A DNA stretch of 64,000 bases. Origin: Candidatus Saccharimonadia bacterium. Its GTDB lineage: Bacteria > Patescibacteriota > Saccharimonadia > Saccharimonadales > JALRHH01. Under the pieces are notes generated by a model. The model saw only the letters and a list, made by a program, of their open reading frames with translations, was not told the origin of the DNA and made no database searches. Positions 8,641 through 17,811 of this stretch are shown one piece after another. Location of the stretch: contig JALRHH010000001.1 of assembly GCA_023253175.1 (NCBI GenBank), positions 236,020 to 300,019 on the forward strand. Reading direction: 5' to 3'. The position numbers were made by a program, and so were the translations under genes. Position 1 is the stretch's first letter. Every line of letters starts with the position of its first letter.

Positions 8641-9704
8641 GCAAAGTCTATAAGGTAGCGTCGTTTTTTACGGGGCTTGGTGGTATGGACTTGGGTGGCG
8701 AGGGCGATTTTGATTTTCTCGGGCAACACTACAAGAAAAATCCACTTAAAACAGTTTACGCTATGGACTTCGACAAGCCCATTTGCGACATCTACAACGC
8801 TAATTTTGGTATAGAGTGTCAGCATAAGGATATCAACTTAGTCTCTGCCGACGAGATACCAGACCACGACATATTAACGGGTGGTTTTCCTTGCCAGTCT
8901 TTCTCCGTAGTGGCACAAAATCCGAAACGTTTAGGCTACAAGGACGACAAAAAAGGTAAGCTATTTTTCGAGATGTGTCGGATACTCAAAGAGAAAAAAC
9001 CTGCTGTATTTGTTGCCGAAAATGTAAAGGGTCTCCTGTCAGCCAATAAGGGCGAGGCGTTTCCACTCGTGATACAGGAGTTTGAAAATGCTGGCTATCA
9101 CGTTAAATATAAGGTACTTAACGCCTCTCATTTTGGCGTCCCTCAAAAGCGTGAGCGTGTCTTTATTGTCGGCTTTAGAGATAAACAGGCTTATGACGCC
9201 TTTGAGTTCCCCGAGGCAGTAACGGTAGATAAGCCTCGTATTATCAAAGAGATTATCGACCCGGAGCATACTATTGAGGACAAGTATTATTTTAGTGAGC
9301 GAGCCGTTGAGGGTATGAAAGCCACTAAACACGCTAAGACTATGAACAAGGGACGAGCACAAGATGTTAATCTACCTAGCAATACCGTAGGAGCACACTT
9401 GGCTAAAGTGAGCCTCAATAGCACCGACCCCGTATTGTGTATTGACGGTCGTTACCGTATGTTTACTCCACGAGAAGTAGCCCGTATACAGTCGTTTCCC
9501 GAGTCGTTTAAGCTACCTGGCTCTAGGACTACAAACTACAAGGCTCTAGGAAACGCTGTAGCTCCTGTAGTTATGTGGCACGTTACTCAGAGCATAATCA
9601 CGGCTCTAAAGGCAGTAGAAAGCCCTAAAACAGCTCAAGTAACAGAACAGGACGCTGTAGAGATTGTGGACGAGGGGCTAAAGCTAGAGCCACTTGTTGC
9701 TTAG
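8637..9704 (+). CDS. DNA (cytosine-5) methyltransferase
   Basis: SFFTGLGG, GGFPCQSFS, ENVKGL, PQKRER, LGNAV motifs. Confidence 0.95.
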   Translation: MSKVYKVASFFTGLGGMDLGGEGDFDFLGQHYKKNPLKTVYAMDFDKPICDIYNANFGIECQHKDINLVSADEIPDHDILTGGFPCQSFSVVAQNPKRLGYKDDKKGKLFFEMCRILKEKKPAVFVAENVKGLLSANKGEAFPLVIQEFENAGYHVKYKVLNASHFGVPQKRERVFIVGFRDKQAYDAFEFPEAVTVDKPRIIKEIIDPEHTIEDKYYFSERAVEGMKATKHAKTMNKGRAQDVNLPSNTVGAHLAKVSLNSTDPVLCIDGRYRMFTPREVARIQSFPESFKLPGSRTTNYKALGNAVAPVVMWHVTQSIITALKAVESPKTAQVTEQDAVEIVDEGLKLEPLVA

Positions 9705-10561
9705 GGCTTTAGTTTAGTACGTAGATTGCCACTTACGGCAGTCAAAGCTTTGAGAGCCGATTGTAACTCACTTTTTAGGTAAGTTACTTTTTGACCTTGA
9801 GTAGTACTGTCTAAGCCAAGATTAGCCGTATACTTTGCGTCGATAATACCGCCGTTGTGCTGTTCGATGTGGCGTTTCTCGAAAACAACCCTCATATCCT
9901 GTAAGTTTTGGCTATCCAAGCCCTCGAGTATTTCTATCCCTTGCTTATCTCTAAAGTATGCTTCTGACAGGCTGATGTTCTGAAAATTAATCTTTTTGTC
10001 TTTGCTAGCATAAAAACGACATAGGTTCTGAAACGCTATAACAACGTCATTGTATATTTGGCGTAAGCCCCTGTCTGTGTCTAGCTCTTTCTCTATAATG
10101 GCTAGGTTTGCGTCTAAAATCTTTACGTCCTCTGTACCGCAAAATGGACAGCGTGAGGCGATGCCGTAAATCTCGTATAAGCTCTCACAAGATGAGCAGA
10201 CCATATCGGTTGGTATCTCGGATTGTACTAGTACGGGTTGAGCGTCGTACCGTATTCTCGCTGGCTTAAACTTAACATTTTTAGAGCCTCTTAACCCACG
10301 AGCCAAGCTATTTTGTAGCTCTTTCATAACATCATATTTAATTTGGCGGAGACCCTCTTGAGTAGCATAGTCAAACTGTTCTGGTACGTTAAAATCTGGC
10401 AAACGACCACTCTTATTGCAATATGGACAGTGGATAGTGTCTGGAAAATCTTTGTCGACCGACCTAATACCAAACTTGATTGAGCAATCAGGACAAAGAC
10501 GGTGGGTGTAGCCCTTGCCGTCGGCTGGTATTGCTATCTCGTAATGCGACTTTAGTGCCAT
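9701..10561 (-). CDS. Zinc-ribbon protein with C-terminal HEPN-like motif (putative RNase toxin)
   Basis: Four CxxC pairs (CPDC, CPYC, CSSC, CPFC) and KRHIEQHNGG (Rx4H) in a helical C-terminus. Confidence 0.65.
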   Translation of the reverse strand: MALKSHYEIAIPADGKGYTHRLCPDCSIKFGIRSVDKDFPDTIHCPYCNKSGRLPDFNVPEQFDYATQEGLRQIKYDVMKELQNSLARGLRGSKNVKFKPARIRYDAQPVLVQSEIPTDMVCSSCESLYEIYGIASRCPFCGTEDVKILDANLAIIEKELDTDRGLRQIYNDVVIAFQNLCRFYASKDKKINFQNISLSEAYFRDKQGIEILEGLDSQNLQDMRVVFEKRHIEQHNGGIIDAKYTANLGLDSTTQGQKVTYLKSELQSALKALTAVSGNLRTKLKP

Positions 10562-10605
10562 TAGTTATTACCCTCACAAGCTAGACTTATTATACAATAA
10601 TTAAA

Positions 10606-11157
10606 GTGAAAGACGATGTAATGAAAGATGACCGTAAGCGGTGGCATAATGAGGACGGATTAGAGTTTGTTACTCCTAGTCCTCGTCAAAATGGTATCGC
10701 CTCTAGCTATGGCATTATCGAGAGTACATACGATTATGACGACAAACTCTACACGCTGACTTATGACGAGGATATAAACAAGCTACTCATAAACCGCATT
10801 GGGATAAAGAGCTTTCAAATAAAAAATCCTGACGTAGAGCAAGTGTTTTTAGATGTTTTCACCAAGCTAAAAGAGGCGAACAAGTATAAAACCAAGTTTG
10901 ACCACGACTACGTTACTAAGACTGAGGTAGAGGTTAAAGCCAGCCAAGCTCACGTCGTCATAAACAACCTAAAAATACCCAAGCCACTCCGTAACATTAT
11001 GTTTAACTCGTCCGACGGTGGCAAAGTTCTGCACGTCCAAACAGTCGTAACTAAGCGATTAGCAATCAAAAATAATCTTGATATCAAAGCTACTAACGAG
11101 TGGCTAACTGACTTACTCCGTAAAGACCCTAAGTTGCGAGTACCAAAGACGTACTAA
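10606..11157 (+). CDS. Hypothetical protein
   Basis: 183 aa ORF inside the element; start uncertain (10606 GTG or 10621 ATG). Confidence 0.6.
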   Translation: MKDDVMKDDRKRWHNEDGLEFVTPSPRQNGIASSYGIIESTYDYDDKLYTLTYDEDINKLLINRIGIKSFQIKNPDVEQVFLDVFTKLKEANKYKTKFDHDYVTKTEVEVKASQAHVVINNLKIPKPLRNIMFNSSDGGKVLHVQTVVTKRLAIKNNLDIKATNEWLTDLLRKDPKLRVPKTY

Positions 11158-11219
11158 TAGCTACTAATTAACGTTAATAAACCGTCAGTCTATGGCGTTT
11201 TTAAGTGTACCTTGAGGCT

Positions 11220-11387
11220 ATGAGCAATCCGTCAGCAAAACAAGTTGCCGAGCAAGTCAGTCCTACTGACCCAATGCTACGTTTGACTGAGTTACTGATA
11301 AGAATTGACCGCCGAGAAAATGTGATTAAAGACGAGAACGATGTTAATGATAACCGAGATACAGATAACACCAGTCAAGCCCAATAA
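11220..11387 (+). CDS. Small hypothetical protein at the head of the spoVG-rep-recombinase operon
   Basis: ORF track 11205..11387; ATG at 11220 after GAGG; overlaps the next gene. Confidence 0.45.
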   Translation: MSNPSAKQVAEQVSPTDPMLRLTELLIRIDRRENVIKDENDVNDNRDTDNTSQAQ

Positions 11388-11649
11388 CGGTCTAATTGGT
11401 TTTGCTAGTTTTGTGCTTTATGGAGCTGTTTATTGTAGCTCTGTCGGCATATACACAAGACTAGACGGCGGTTATCGACTTACATACCCCACTAAGCAAG
11501 TTATGGGGCGTGATATGGGCATTTTCCACCCGATTAACAAAGAGCTAGGTTTAGAGATTGAAAAAGCGGTTACAGCCGTATACGACGATGTAATGAGGTT
11601 AAAAAATGCTAGATACGGTAGTGCTGTCGCTGGACATATCGGAGTTTAG
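11341..11649 (+). CDS. SpoVG-like nucleic-acid-binding protein
   Basis: MITEIQITP..NGLIGFASFVL....GIY...GYRLTYPTK.....IFHPINKEL...IEKAV follows the SpoVG pattern. Confidence 0.75.
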   Translation: MLMITEIQITPVKPNNGLIGFASFVLYGAVYCSSVGIYTRLDGGYRLTYPTKQVMGRDMGIFHPINKELGLEIEKAVTAVYDDVMRLKNARYGSAVAGHIGV

Positions 11650-12745
11650 AATTATGTCGACCCACTACGGCAGGTGGTCGCCCGATATAACTAACTACAT
11701 TAAACCACCTTACGTAAAACTAGGAGGTCGGAAGTTTGCCGTCTCTACTCGAACACCTACACGAAACGACGAACTAAATGGTATCTACCTACCACGTCTC
11801 AAGCTTATTAAATCGACTAGGACTGGGGGTTACTCTACTCGGTTATACGTAGAGTTCTCAGCACCTAAAATCGTCTTTAATAATAACTTTGATGAGTTAG
11901 CCGACAGCGACTTCGATAACGTCTGTAAACAGCTCTCGAAAGCCCTGCGTCGCCTAGGTGTTGCCGTAGATAAAGAAACCATAAAGACAGCCCAAGTTAA
12001 TACCGTGCACTACAGCAAAAACGTGATTTTAACTGACGGCAAACTGGCTAAAATGTTCGTCAGAGAGCTAGCCAAGGCAAACATCTCGACACGTCGTCGT
12101 AGCAAGACTAAAACCTACGGCAACGACGGCGAGGCTATGTACTTTCATACAAGCAAGTGGGCGTTTGTCGCTTACGATAAACTCGCAGAGTTTCGACGCT
12201 CTCGAAATAATAAAAAGGAGCTACTGGAGAAAGACTACTATTGTCAGTTATCTCTCTTTGATGAGTTTACGCCAGCTACACCCTTTGAAGTCATACGACT
12301 TGAGGCTCGCTATACTGACCGTAGGACTATCAAAACCAACCTAAAGCGAGCTGGAGTAACATTTAGCGAGGAGCTGCCGTTTATTGAGCTATACTCCGAG
12401 GATACGGCAAAAAAGCTACTACTTTATGAGTTAAGCCAGTTAGAAACAGCAACACCCGATATTCTATCGACCGAGCGAGACTTAGACCGCTTTATTGACA
12501 ATTTACTAGCTAACCAAGCCAAGCCCGACCGTATCGTTTACGCCGTCGGTGTCAAAAAAATATTAGAGCAATATGGTAGTCGTGGGGCGAGGTCAAGGAT
12601 ACACGCTAGCTCTAGTCAATGGTCGAGACTAATAGCTAAAACAAACAGCCTTGGTTTCACTCGCCAAGATAACGATACGACAACCACGATACGACAAAGT
12701 ATCGAGGCGTTTCGTCGTGTCAAATTAACTAACTACAAGGAGTAA
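11606..12745 (+). CDS. Phage/plasmid replication initiator-like protein (gpII/CRI / Rep_trans-like)
   Basis: N-terminal MLDTV, VEFSAPKIVFNNN, HYSKNV, YF...VAYDKLAE and IRLEARY motifs resemble rolling-circle gpII/X-family initiators. Confidence 0.6.
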   Translation: MLDTVVLSLDISEFRIMSTHYGRWSPDITNYIKPPYVKLGGRKFAVSTRTPTRNDELNGIYLPRLKLIKSTRTGGYSTRLYVEFSAPKIVFNNNFDELADSDFDNVCKQLSKALRRLGVAVDKETIKTAQVNTVHYSKNVILTDGKLAKMFVRELAKANISTRRRSKTKTYGNDGEAMYFHTSKWAFVAYDKLAEFRRSRNNKKELLEKDYYCQLSLFDEFTPATPFEVIRLEARYTDRRTIKTNLKRAGVTFSEELPFIELYSEDTAKKLLLYELSQLETATPDILSTERDLDRFIDNLLANQAKPDRIVYAVGVKKILEQYGSRGARSRIHASSSQWSRLIAKTNSLGFTRQDNDTTTTIRQSIEAFRRVKLTNYKE

Positions 12746-12753
12746 ATAGTATA

Positions 12754-14289
12754 ATGAAAACAATGAAAAAAGATAGCGAGGTTAAACCACGAAAAGCGAT
12801 TATTTTCGCTCGGGTATCGACAGCTCGCCAAGAGAAAGAGGGCTTATCCCTCAAAGAGATACAACTACCTCTAGCTTACGAGTACGCTAAAAATCACAAT
12901 ATCGAGGTGGTCGCCGAGTACGCTATTAGCGAGACTGGTAGCGAGTACAAACTACGAGCCAAGTTCAACGATATGATTGCTTTCGTAAAACGTCGTAAGG
13001 ATATTACCGACATAATCTCGTTTAGGGTAGACCGTATCACTCGTAACTTTAAAGACGCTGTCGCTATCGACGACTTACGAACCAGCTACGGCAAGAACAT
13101 ACACTGCATTGACGACCGCTTAGTCTTGACCGAGGATAGTACATCAAACGACATCACTCAATGGGATATGAAAGTGCTTTTTGCCAAGCAGTTCCTCAAC
13201 CGTGTTAAAGAGGACGGTAATAATACCAAATACCGAAAGCTGGAGCGTGGCGAGTTGCCTTGGGGTACGCCGTATGGCTACAAGCACCACACTATCAGCC
13301 CTCAAAATAAAACTGTTATAGCCGAGGATTTTAAGGCTACTATCGTCCGAAAAATACACACTCTTTACTCGACTGGTTCTTACTCGTTAGAGACGCTAGC
13401 GAGAGCCATCAACAAAGAGTACGGCACTAAGTTTTATAAAAGTTCAATCCACCGTATTCTGACCGACAAGTTCTATATCGGCATTATGACCGATAAAAAA
13501 TCAGGGAAAGAATACCCTCATAACTACGAGCGTCTAGTCGGTTTTGATATGTTTGAGCTAAACCAGCAAATCATAGAGGGACACAATGTAAAACCTCGTA
13601 AATATGCTGGCATACCGTCAATCTACAGAGGTTTAATGCGTTGTAGCCATTGTGGTTGTACTATTACGTCAGAGTTAAAGAAAAAGACCCAAAAGAACGG
13701 TGTAAGACGTGAGTATATGTACTACCACTGTACCAACAAAAGGCGTCAGCACACCTCGCCTATCCAGTACATCAGCGAGAAAGAGTTAGACGGCGTGTTT
13801 AAGTCTCTGCTCGACAACTTTGCCAATATACCAAAGGACGAGATAGAACGTATCAAAGAGACGCTAAATAGCACTCACGACGCAAAGAATAAGTTTCAAG
13901 ACGACCAGCTTTCAGAGCTTAACGTCAGGCGGTCGCAACTGACGGCTCGTATCCGCAGGACATACGATATGCTTGCTGACGGTAGTATTACCCCAGAAGT
14001 TTATGAGGAAAACCGACAGCGTTACGAGGACGAGTTAAATGATGTTAAACGAAAAATCGACCGCTTAGATACAGCCGACAAAGAGTTCTGCATTACCGCC
14101 TCGTATCTGTTACGATTGTTTGAGAACGCTGGAAAAATCTACGAGGTTGCTGACGAGGACGAAAAACGGCAAATTATCGGTTTGATAAGCTCGAACCTCG
14201 AATTAGACAACAAAAACCTTGATTTCAATCTAAAAGAACCCTTCGCTACAGTCCTAAAACTGGCTAAGAGTTCTTTATGGCAGGGGTGA
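12754..14289 (+). CDS. Large serine recombinase (integrase)
   Basis: Catalytic ARVST..Q, DRITRN, recombinase domain PYGY, zinc ribbon CSHCG..YYHC, coiled coil; ends WQG* inside the tRNA-Trp 3' end. Confidence 0.95.
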   Translation: MKTMKKDSEVKPRKAIIFARVSTARQEKEGLSLKEIQLPLAYEYAKNHNIEVVAEYAISETGSEYKLRAKFNDMIAFVKRRKDITDIISFRVDRITRNFKDAVAIDDLRTSYGKNIHCIDDRLVLTEDSTSNDITQWDMKVLFAKQFLNRVKEDGNNTKYRKLERGELPWGTPYGYKHHTISPQNKTVIAEDFKATIVRKIHTLYSTGSYSLETLARAINKEYGTKFYKSSIHRILTDKFYIGIMTDKKSGKEYPHNYERLVGFDMFELNQQIIEGHNVKPRKYAGIPSIYRGLMRCSHCGCTITSELKKKTQKNGVRREYMYYHCTNKRRQHTSPIQYISEKELDGVFKSLLDNFANIPKDEIERIKETLNSTHDAKNKFQDDQLSELNVRRSQLTARIRRTYDMLADGSITPEVYEENRQRYEDELNDVKRKIDRLDTADKEFCITASYLLRLFENAGKIYEVADEDEKRQIIGLISSNLELDNKNLDFNLKEPFATVLKLAKSSLWQG

Positions 14290-14353
14290 CAGGACTCGAA
14301 CCTGCAACCAACGGTTTTGGAGACCGCTACTCTACCAATTGAGCTACACCCCT
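14278..14353 (-). tRNA. trnW: tRNA-Trp (CCA)
   Basis: AGGGGTG-TAGCTCAATTGGTAGAGT-AGCGGT-CTCCAAA-ACCGT-TGGTT-GCAGGTTCGAGTCCTGT-CACCCCT-GCCA; full cloverleaf with encoded CCA. Confidence 0.97.
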
Positions 14354-14459
14354 ACGTCCGACAGTTTAAAACTGCGGAACAATTTGAATAAAAAGTGCCT
14401 AATTACTAAAAAGTAATTACAAGAGTTAATACTACCGAAAACTCAGCCATTTGTCACTG

Positions 14460-15101
14460 TTAATTATCTAAAACCGCAAAGGCATGGTCCCAGGTTTCAT
14501 GGGCAAGGCCATATTCAATCCAAAGTGCACAAAGGGGTTCCAATAAACGACTCTTTTCGATGCCACCAATGTCTGTCACATGTTGCCATCCCATTTGTCC
14601 GAGTAACTCGGCTACATAGAGCCTTACTGATGGATTATTGCCACACAAGAACATTGCCGGCTTGCCATCCTTAAAGGCCGGCTTTACGGCATGTCTGTGG
14701 CTGATAAAGTTGAGCGTCTTTATAACATGGCTGTCGGGGAGACTCTGCTGCACCATCTCGCCCCCACTAATATCATGGCCAAGGGCCAAGGTGGGAGGAC
14801 CGTCATCCTCGAACTCAAGCGGAGTCGTTATATCTATCAAAATTTTACCAGCAAGTTCTGGCCTGATCTGTTGCAAAACATCTTCCGTGGCTCGCCATGC
14901 AGTAGCTAGGAATGCTAATTCTGCAAAACTCGCAGCCTCTGTCGTTGTTCCGAGATGGGCGTTCTTGCTCCTTGTCCGTTTTTCCCACTTTTTGAGCTCG
15001 GAATCAGCGTGCGCACCAAGCATGACTTCGTGCCCAAGCTCCAGAAGTCCTTCTGCAAGGCTTTGTCCAGCCTCTGTGTCACCGATGATGCCTATTTTCA
15101 T
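14460..15101 (-). CDS. NAD(P)-binding oxidoreductase (F420-dependent NADP reductase family)
   Basis: MKIGIIG Rossmann start, GKILIDITTP, SGGE, VIKTLN, FLCGN, DIGGI...LLEPL. Confidence 0.85.
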   Translation of the reverse strand: MKIGIIGDTEAGQSLAEGLLELGHEVMLGAHADSELKKWEKRTRSKNAHLGTTTEAASFAELAFLATAWRATEDVLQQIRPELAGKILIDITTPLEFEDDGPPTLALGHDISGGEMVQQSLPDSHVIKTLNFISHRHAVKPAFKDGKPAMFLCGNNPSVRLYVAELLGQMGWQHVTDIGGIEKSRLLEPLCALWIEYGLAHETWDHAFAVLDN

Positions 15102-16261
15102 GTTATCTCCCGCTTGATGCGTGATTTTGCTTTGCTGTTTTTTATTGTACCGCGGCTTCGCTTTCGTTCGCTAGTCACAACTGGAGCATTTGCGGCGCGA
15201 GCATCGCGAGGCTTTGTGCTACGTTTAGGCGCTACTGCGTTAGCAATACCAGTAACATGCTCTAGTTTCTTGTAGCGTGAGCCTTTTGGTGCAAATTTAA
15301 CAAGCAGCAATATGGCTGCACCAATAAGAGCGAAAACAATGCCAGCGTTAATAAATGAAGTCTGGAAGTGAACGGATATTCTAGTCATCACATCTGTGGC
15401 CAGTAAATCGGTACTGCCATTAAATATCTGTGATTGATAATTTCGCATAATTCTTGGGACAAAGATCCCAAAGACCGCCGCAGAGACAGCTAGCACCACA
15501 CTACTGAATAGCAATGCTTTACCTAAATCACGCCATCCATTCCGTCGAACAGGACGTAGTAACACGAGTGCTGCGCTCAGGATCAGTAAGATAAATAGCA
15601 AAAAATACAGGAAGGGCTTCATGAGCCCATAAAAAATGGGCGCAACCCTGTACGAAGCTTCGATAGACTTTCCGGACTTGGTTTTAGGCAGGTCGTCTCC
15701 TGTATATGTTGTCTTCCCAAGAAAATCTTTTGAATTAAGCAAGGACTTCCTAAGGGATTCTTGTTCGTTTTTGTAATTAATGCCTGCGGGTTGGCAGGTG
15801 GCTTTGAAGGGATCAAGCTGTATCTCTGATTCAAAGGCTGTACATGTCGGTAACCCTGACAAGCGTTCAATTCCATAGATGCTCAACGCTTCGGCCAGTT
15901 TCTCGCGCTGAGACGCTATTTGTATATCAAATGCAATGAGCGAATTATCTCCTTTTAGCCAGGTGTATAGTCCGCCCAGAAAATCGTCTGACTCTTCTTG
16001 GACAAAGCTGGCAGGAAATGCGGTGGCTGTAATCTCTCTGACCCTATTATCGGCAAATATGCCACGTGGATCTTGCTTTGCGTTAGTCTCAAGAATGGCA
16101 GGAATAGCACGTTCATATGCATCTGCTTCTATAAGGGAGTTCCTGATTGTCGCCGGGCTGCTGAAGGTGGCTATAAAGGCGTACAGCGTGAGGATTGCAA
16201 GAAGTATAAGTCTAAAGCTGTTGCGAGCCAGACTAAGAGCCAGTCGTCTTGCGGGACTCAT
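15098..16261 (-). CDS. Multi-pass membrane protein
   Basis: N-terminal TM segment, extracytoplasmic domain, three C-terminal TM segments, basic tail. Confidence 0.75.
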   Translation of the reverse strand: MSPARRLALSLARNSFRLILLAILTLYAFIATFSSPATIRNSLIEADAYERAIPAILETNAKQDPRGIFADNRVREITATAFPASFVQEESDDFLGGLYTWLKGDNSLIAFDIQIASQREKLAEALSIYGIERLSGLPTCTAFESEIQLDPFKATCQPAGINYKNEQESLRKSLLNSKDFLGKTTYTGDDLPKTKSGKSIEASYRVAPIFYGLMKPFLYFLLFILLILSAALVLLRPVRRNGWRDLGKALLFSSVVLAVSAAVFGIFVPRIMRNYQSQIFNGSTDLLATDVMTRISVHFQTSFINAGIVFALIGAAILLLVKFAPKGSRYKKLEHVTGIANAVAPKRSTKPRDARAANAPVVTSERKRSRGTIKNSKAKSRIKREIT

Positions 16262-16393
16262 AAACTTATTCCACCAGTTATCATTTCTGTTTGCTCCTTA
16301 GCTGGACTGTTTACTCATTAGTATACAACGCTTATGCAAACCAGGGGCGAGACTTTTGCAAATTGCTAAAAATTGTTATAGTTTACAGCAGAA

Positions 16394-17056
16394 ATGAGTA
16401 AGCTTGCCCTCACGCGACCAACTTTGATTCTGTTATATGGTTATCCAGGATCAGGGAAAACATATCTTGCACGACAGTTAAGTGAAGATATACAGGCAGC
16501 GCATGTCCAGAGTGATCGCATCCGTTTTGAATTATTTGAGCAGCCTCGCTACGACCGACAAGAGAACCAGATTGTTGATCATCTCATGCAGTATATGACT
16601 GAAGAGTTTCTTAATGCGGGTATCAGTGTTTTGTATGACATTAATGCAATGCGTGTCACGCAGCGACGTGAGCTCCGTGAGCTTGCCCGTAAGCACAGAG
16701 CAGATGTACTCCTTGTATGGCTACAGATTGATCATGATAGCGCGTTTGTTCGTGCAACTAAGCGCGATAGGCGCAAGCTGGACGATCGGTTTACGGCTTC
16801 AATTGATCAAGGCACGTTCCGGCAAATTGCATCAGGTATGCAAAATCCAGAAACAACAGAAGATTACGTCGTTATCAGTGGCAAGCACACCTATCCAACG
16901 CAACGTAACGCGGTTATCAAAAAGTTGTATGATCTTGGGCTCGTTTCAACTGGCGGCGCAGGGACAAAGCTCGTGAAGCCGCAGCTCGTGAATCTTATTC
17001 CAAACCCATCTGCCGGTCGTGTTGACCCCAGTCGCCGCAACATTAACATTCGTTAG
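16394..17056 (+). CDS. P-loop kinase (AAA_33 family)
   Basis: GYPGSGKT Walker A, SDRIR, VLYD. Confidence 0.85.
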   Translation: MSKLALTRPTLILLYGYPGSGKTYLARQLSEDIQAAHVQSDRIRFELFEQPRYDRQENQIVDHLMQYMTEEFLNAGISVLYDINAMRVTQRRELRELARKHRADVLLVWLQIDHDSAFVRATKRDRRKLDDRFTASIDQGTFRQIASGMQNPETTEDYVVISGKHTYPTQRNAVIKKLYDLGLVSTGGAGTKLVKPQLVNLIPNPSAGRVDPSRRNINIR

Positions 17057-17072
17057 AATAGATAGGCTTTAA

Positions 17073-17765
17073 ATGCCAGCTAAAATCATCGAAATAGACG
17101 GTATCGGAGCCGTTCATTTTTATAAGCGTCGCGCCGCACGTAGTATAAGGCTAAGCATTACGCACCAAGGCCAAATTAGGGTAAGTTTGCCATTTTGGGT
17201 TCCATTTGCAGCCGGTGTTTCATTTGTCCAGTCTAAAAAAGATTGGATCAATACAGAACGACCGGAAACAACCATTCTGACTGAGGGTTATCGTCTCGGC
17301 AAGGCCCACCACATCACGTTCTTAGCCGGCAGTGGCGACAATATAACAACCCGCATATCAGGTAACGAGGCGCGGGTGATGCTGCCGGTGGGCCTTAAAT
17401 GGGATAATCCCGACGTGCAGGCTGCAGCCCAGAATGTTGCGATTCGCGTCCTTAAAAAGGAGGCCCGCATGATACTCCCACCAAGACTCAAAAGCTTGGC
17501 ACAGCAACACGGTTTTACCTACAGAAGTGTCTCCGTAAAACAGCTTACGGGCAGGTGGGGAAGTTGTAGTAGTGAAAAGGATATCGTGCTCAACTGCTTC
17601 CTCATGCAGCTACCACTTGAACTGATTGATTATGTACTGCTCCACGAACTGACACATACCAATGTTATGGCCCATGGCCCAATATTCTGGAACGAAATGA
17701 GACGTGTCTTGCCAGACGTAGACGTGCGCCGGAAACAGATAAAGCAACACAAACCTGTTTTATAG
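17073..17765 (+). CDS. YgjP/DUF45-family metal-dependent hydrolase
   Basis: RWGSCS, IDYVLLHELTH (HExxH), HGPIFW. Confidence 0.9.
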   Translation: MPAKIIEIDGIGAVHFYKRRAARSIRLSITHQGQIRVSLPFWVPFAAGVSFVQSKKDWINTERPETTILTEGYRLGKAHHITFLAGSGDNITTRISGNEARVMLPVGLKWDNPDVQAAAQNVAIRVLKKEARMILPPRLKSLAQQHGFTYRSVSVKQLTGRWGSCSSEKDIVLNCFLMQLPLELIDYVLLHELTHTNVMAHGPIFWNEMRRVLPDVDVRRKQIKQHKPVL

Positions 17766-17811
17766 GTAATGACGCTTATGTTTTTGTAGGCAGTATCTTA
17801 TAATACGTTTG

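Larger units (their letters stand above)
2466..14284. mobile_element. Integrative element at tRNA-Trp: large serine recombinase, SpoVG-like, Rep and defence cargo (~11.8 kb)
   Basis: Direct-repeat att sites at both ends, recombinase abutting the tRNA, replication gene, RM/defence genes, and no GATC inside versus many outside. Confidence 0.9.

Noticed and set aside
2466..14284. Prophage call for the island
   Set aside because: No capsid, terminase, portal, tail or lysis genes recognisable.
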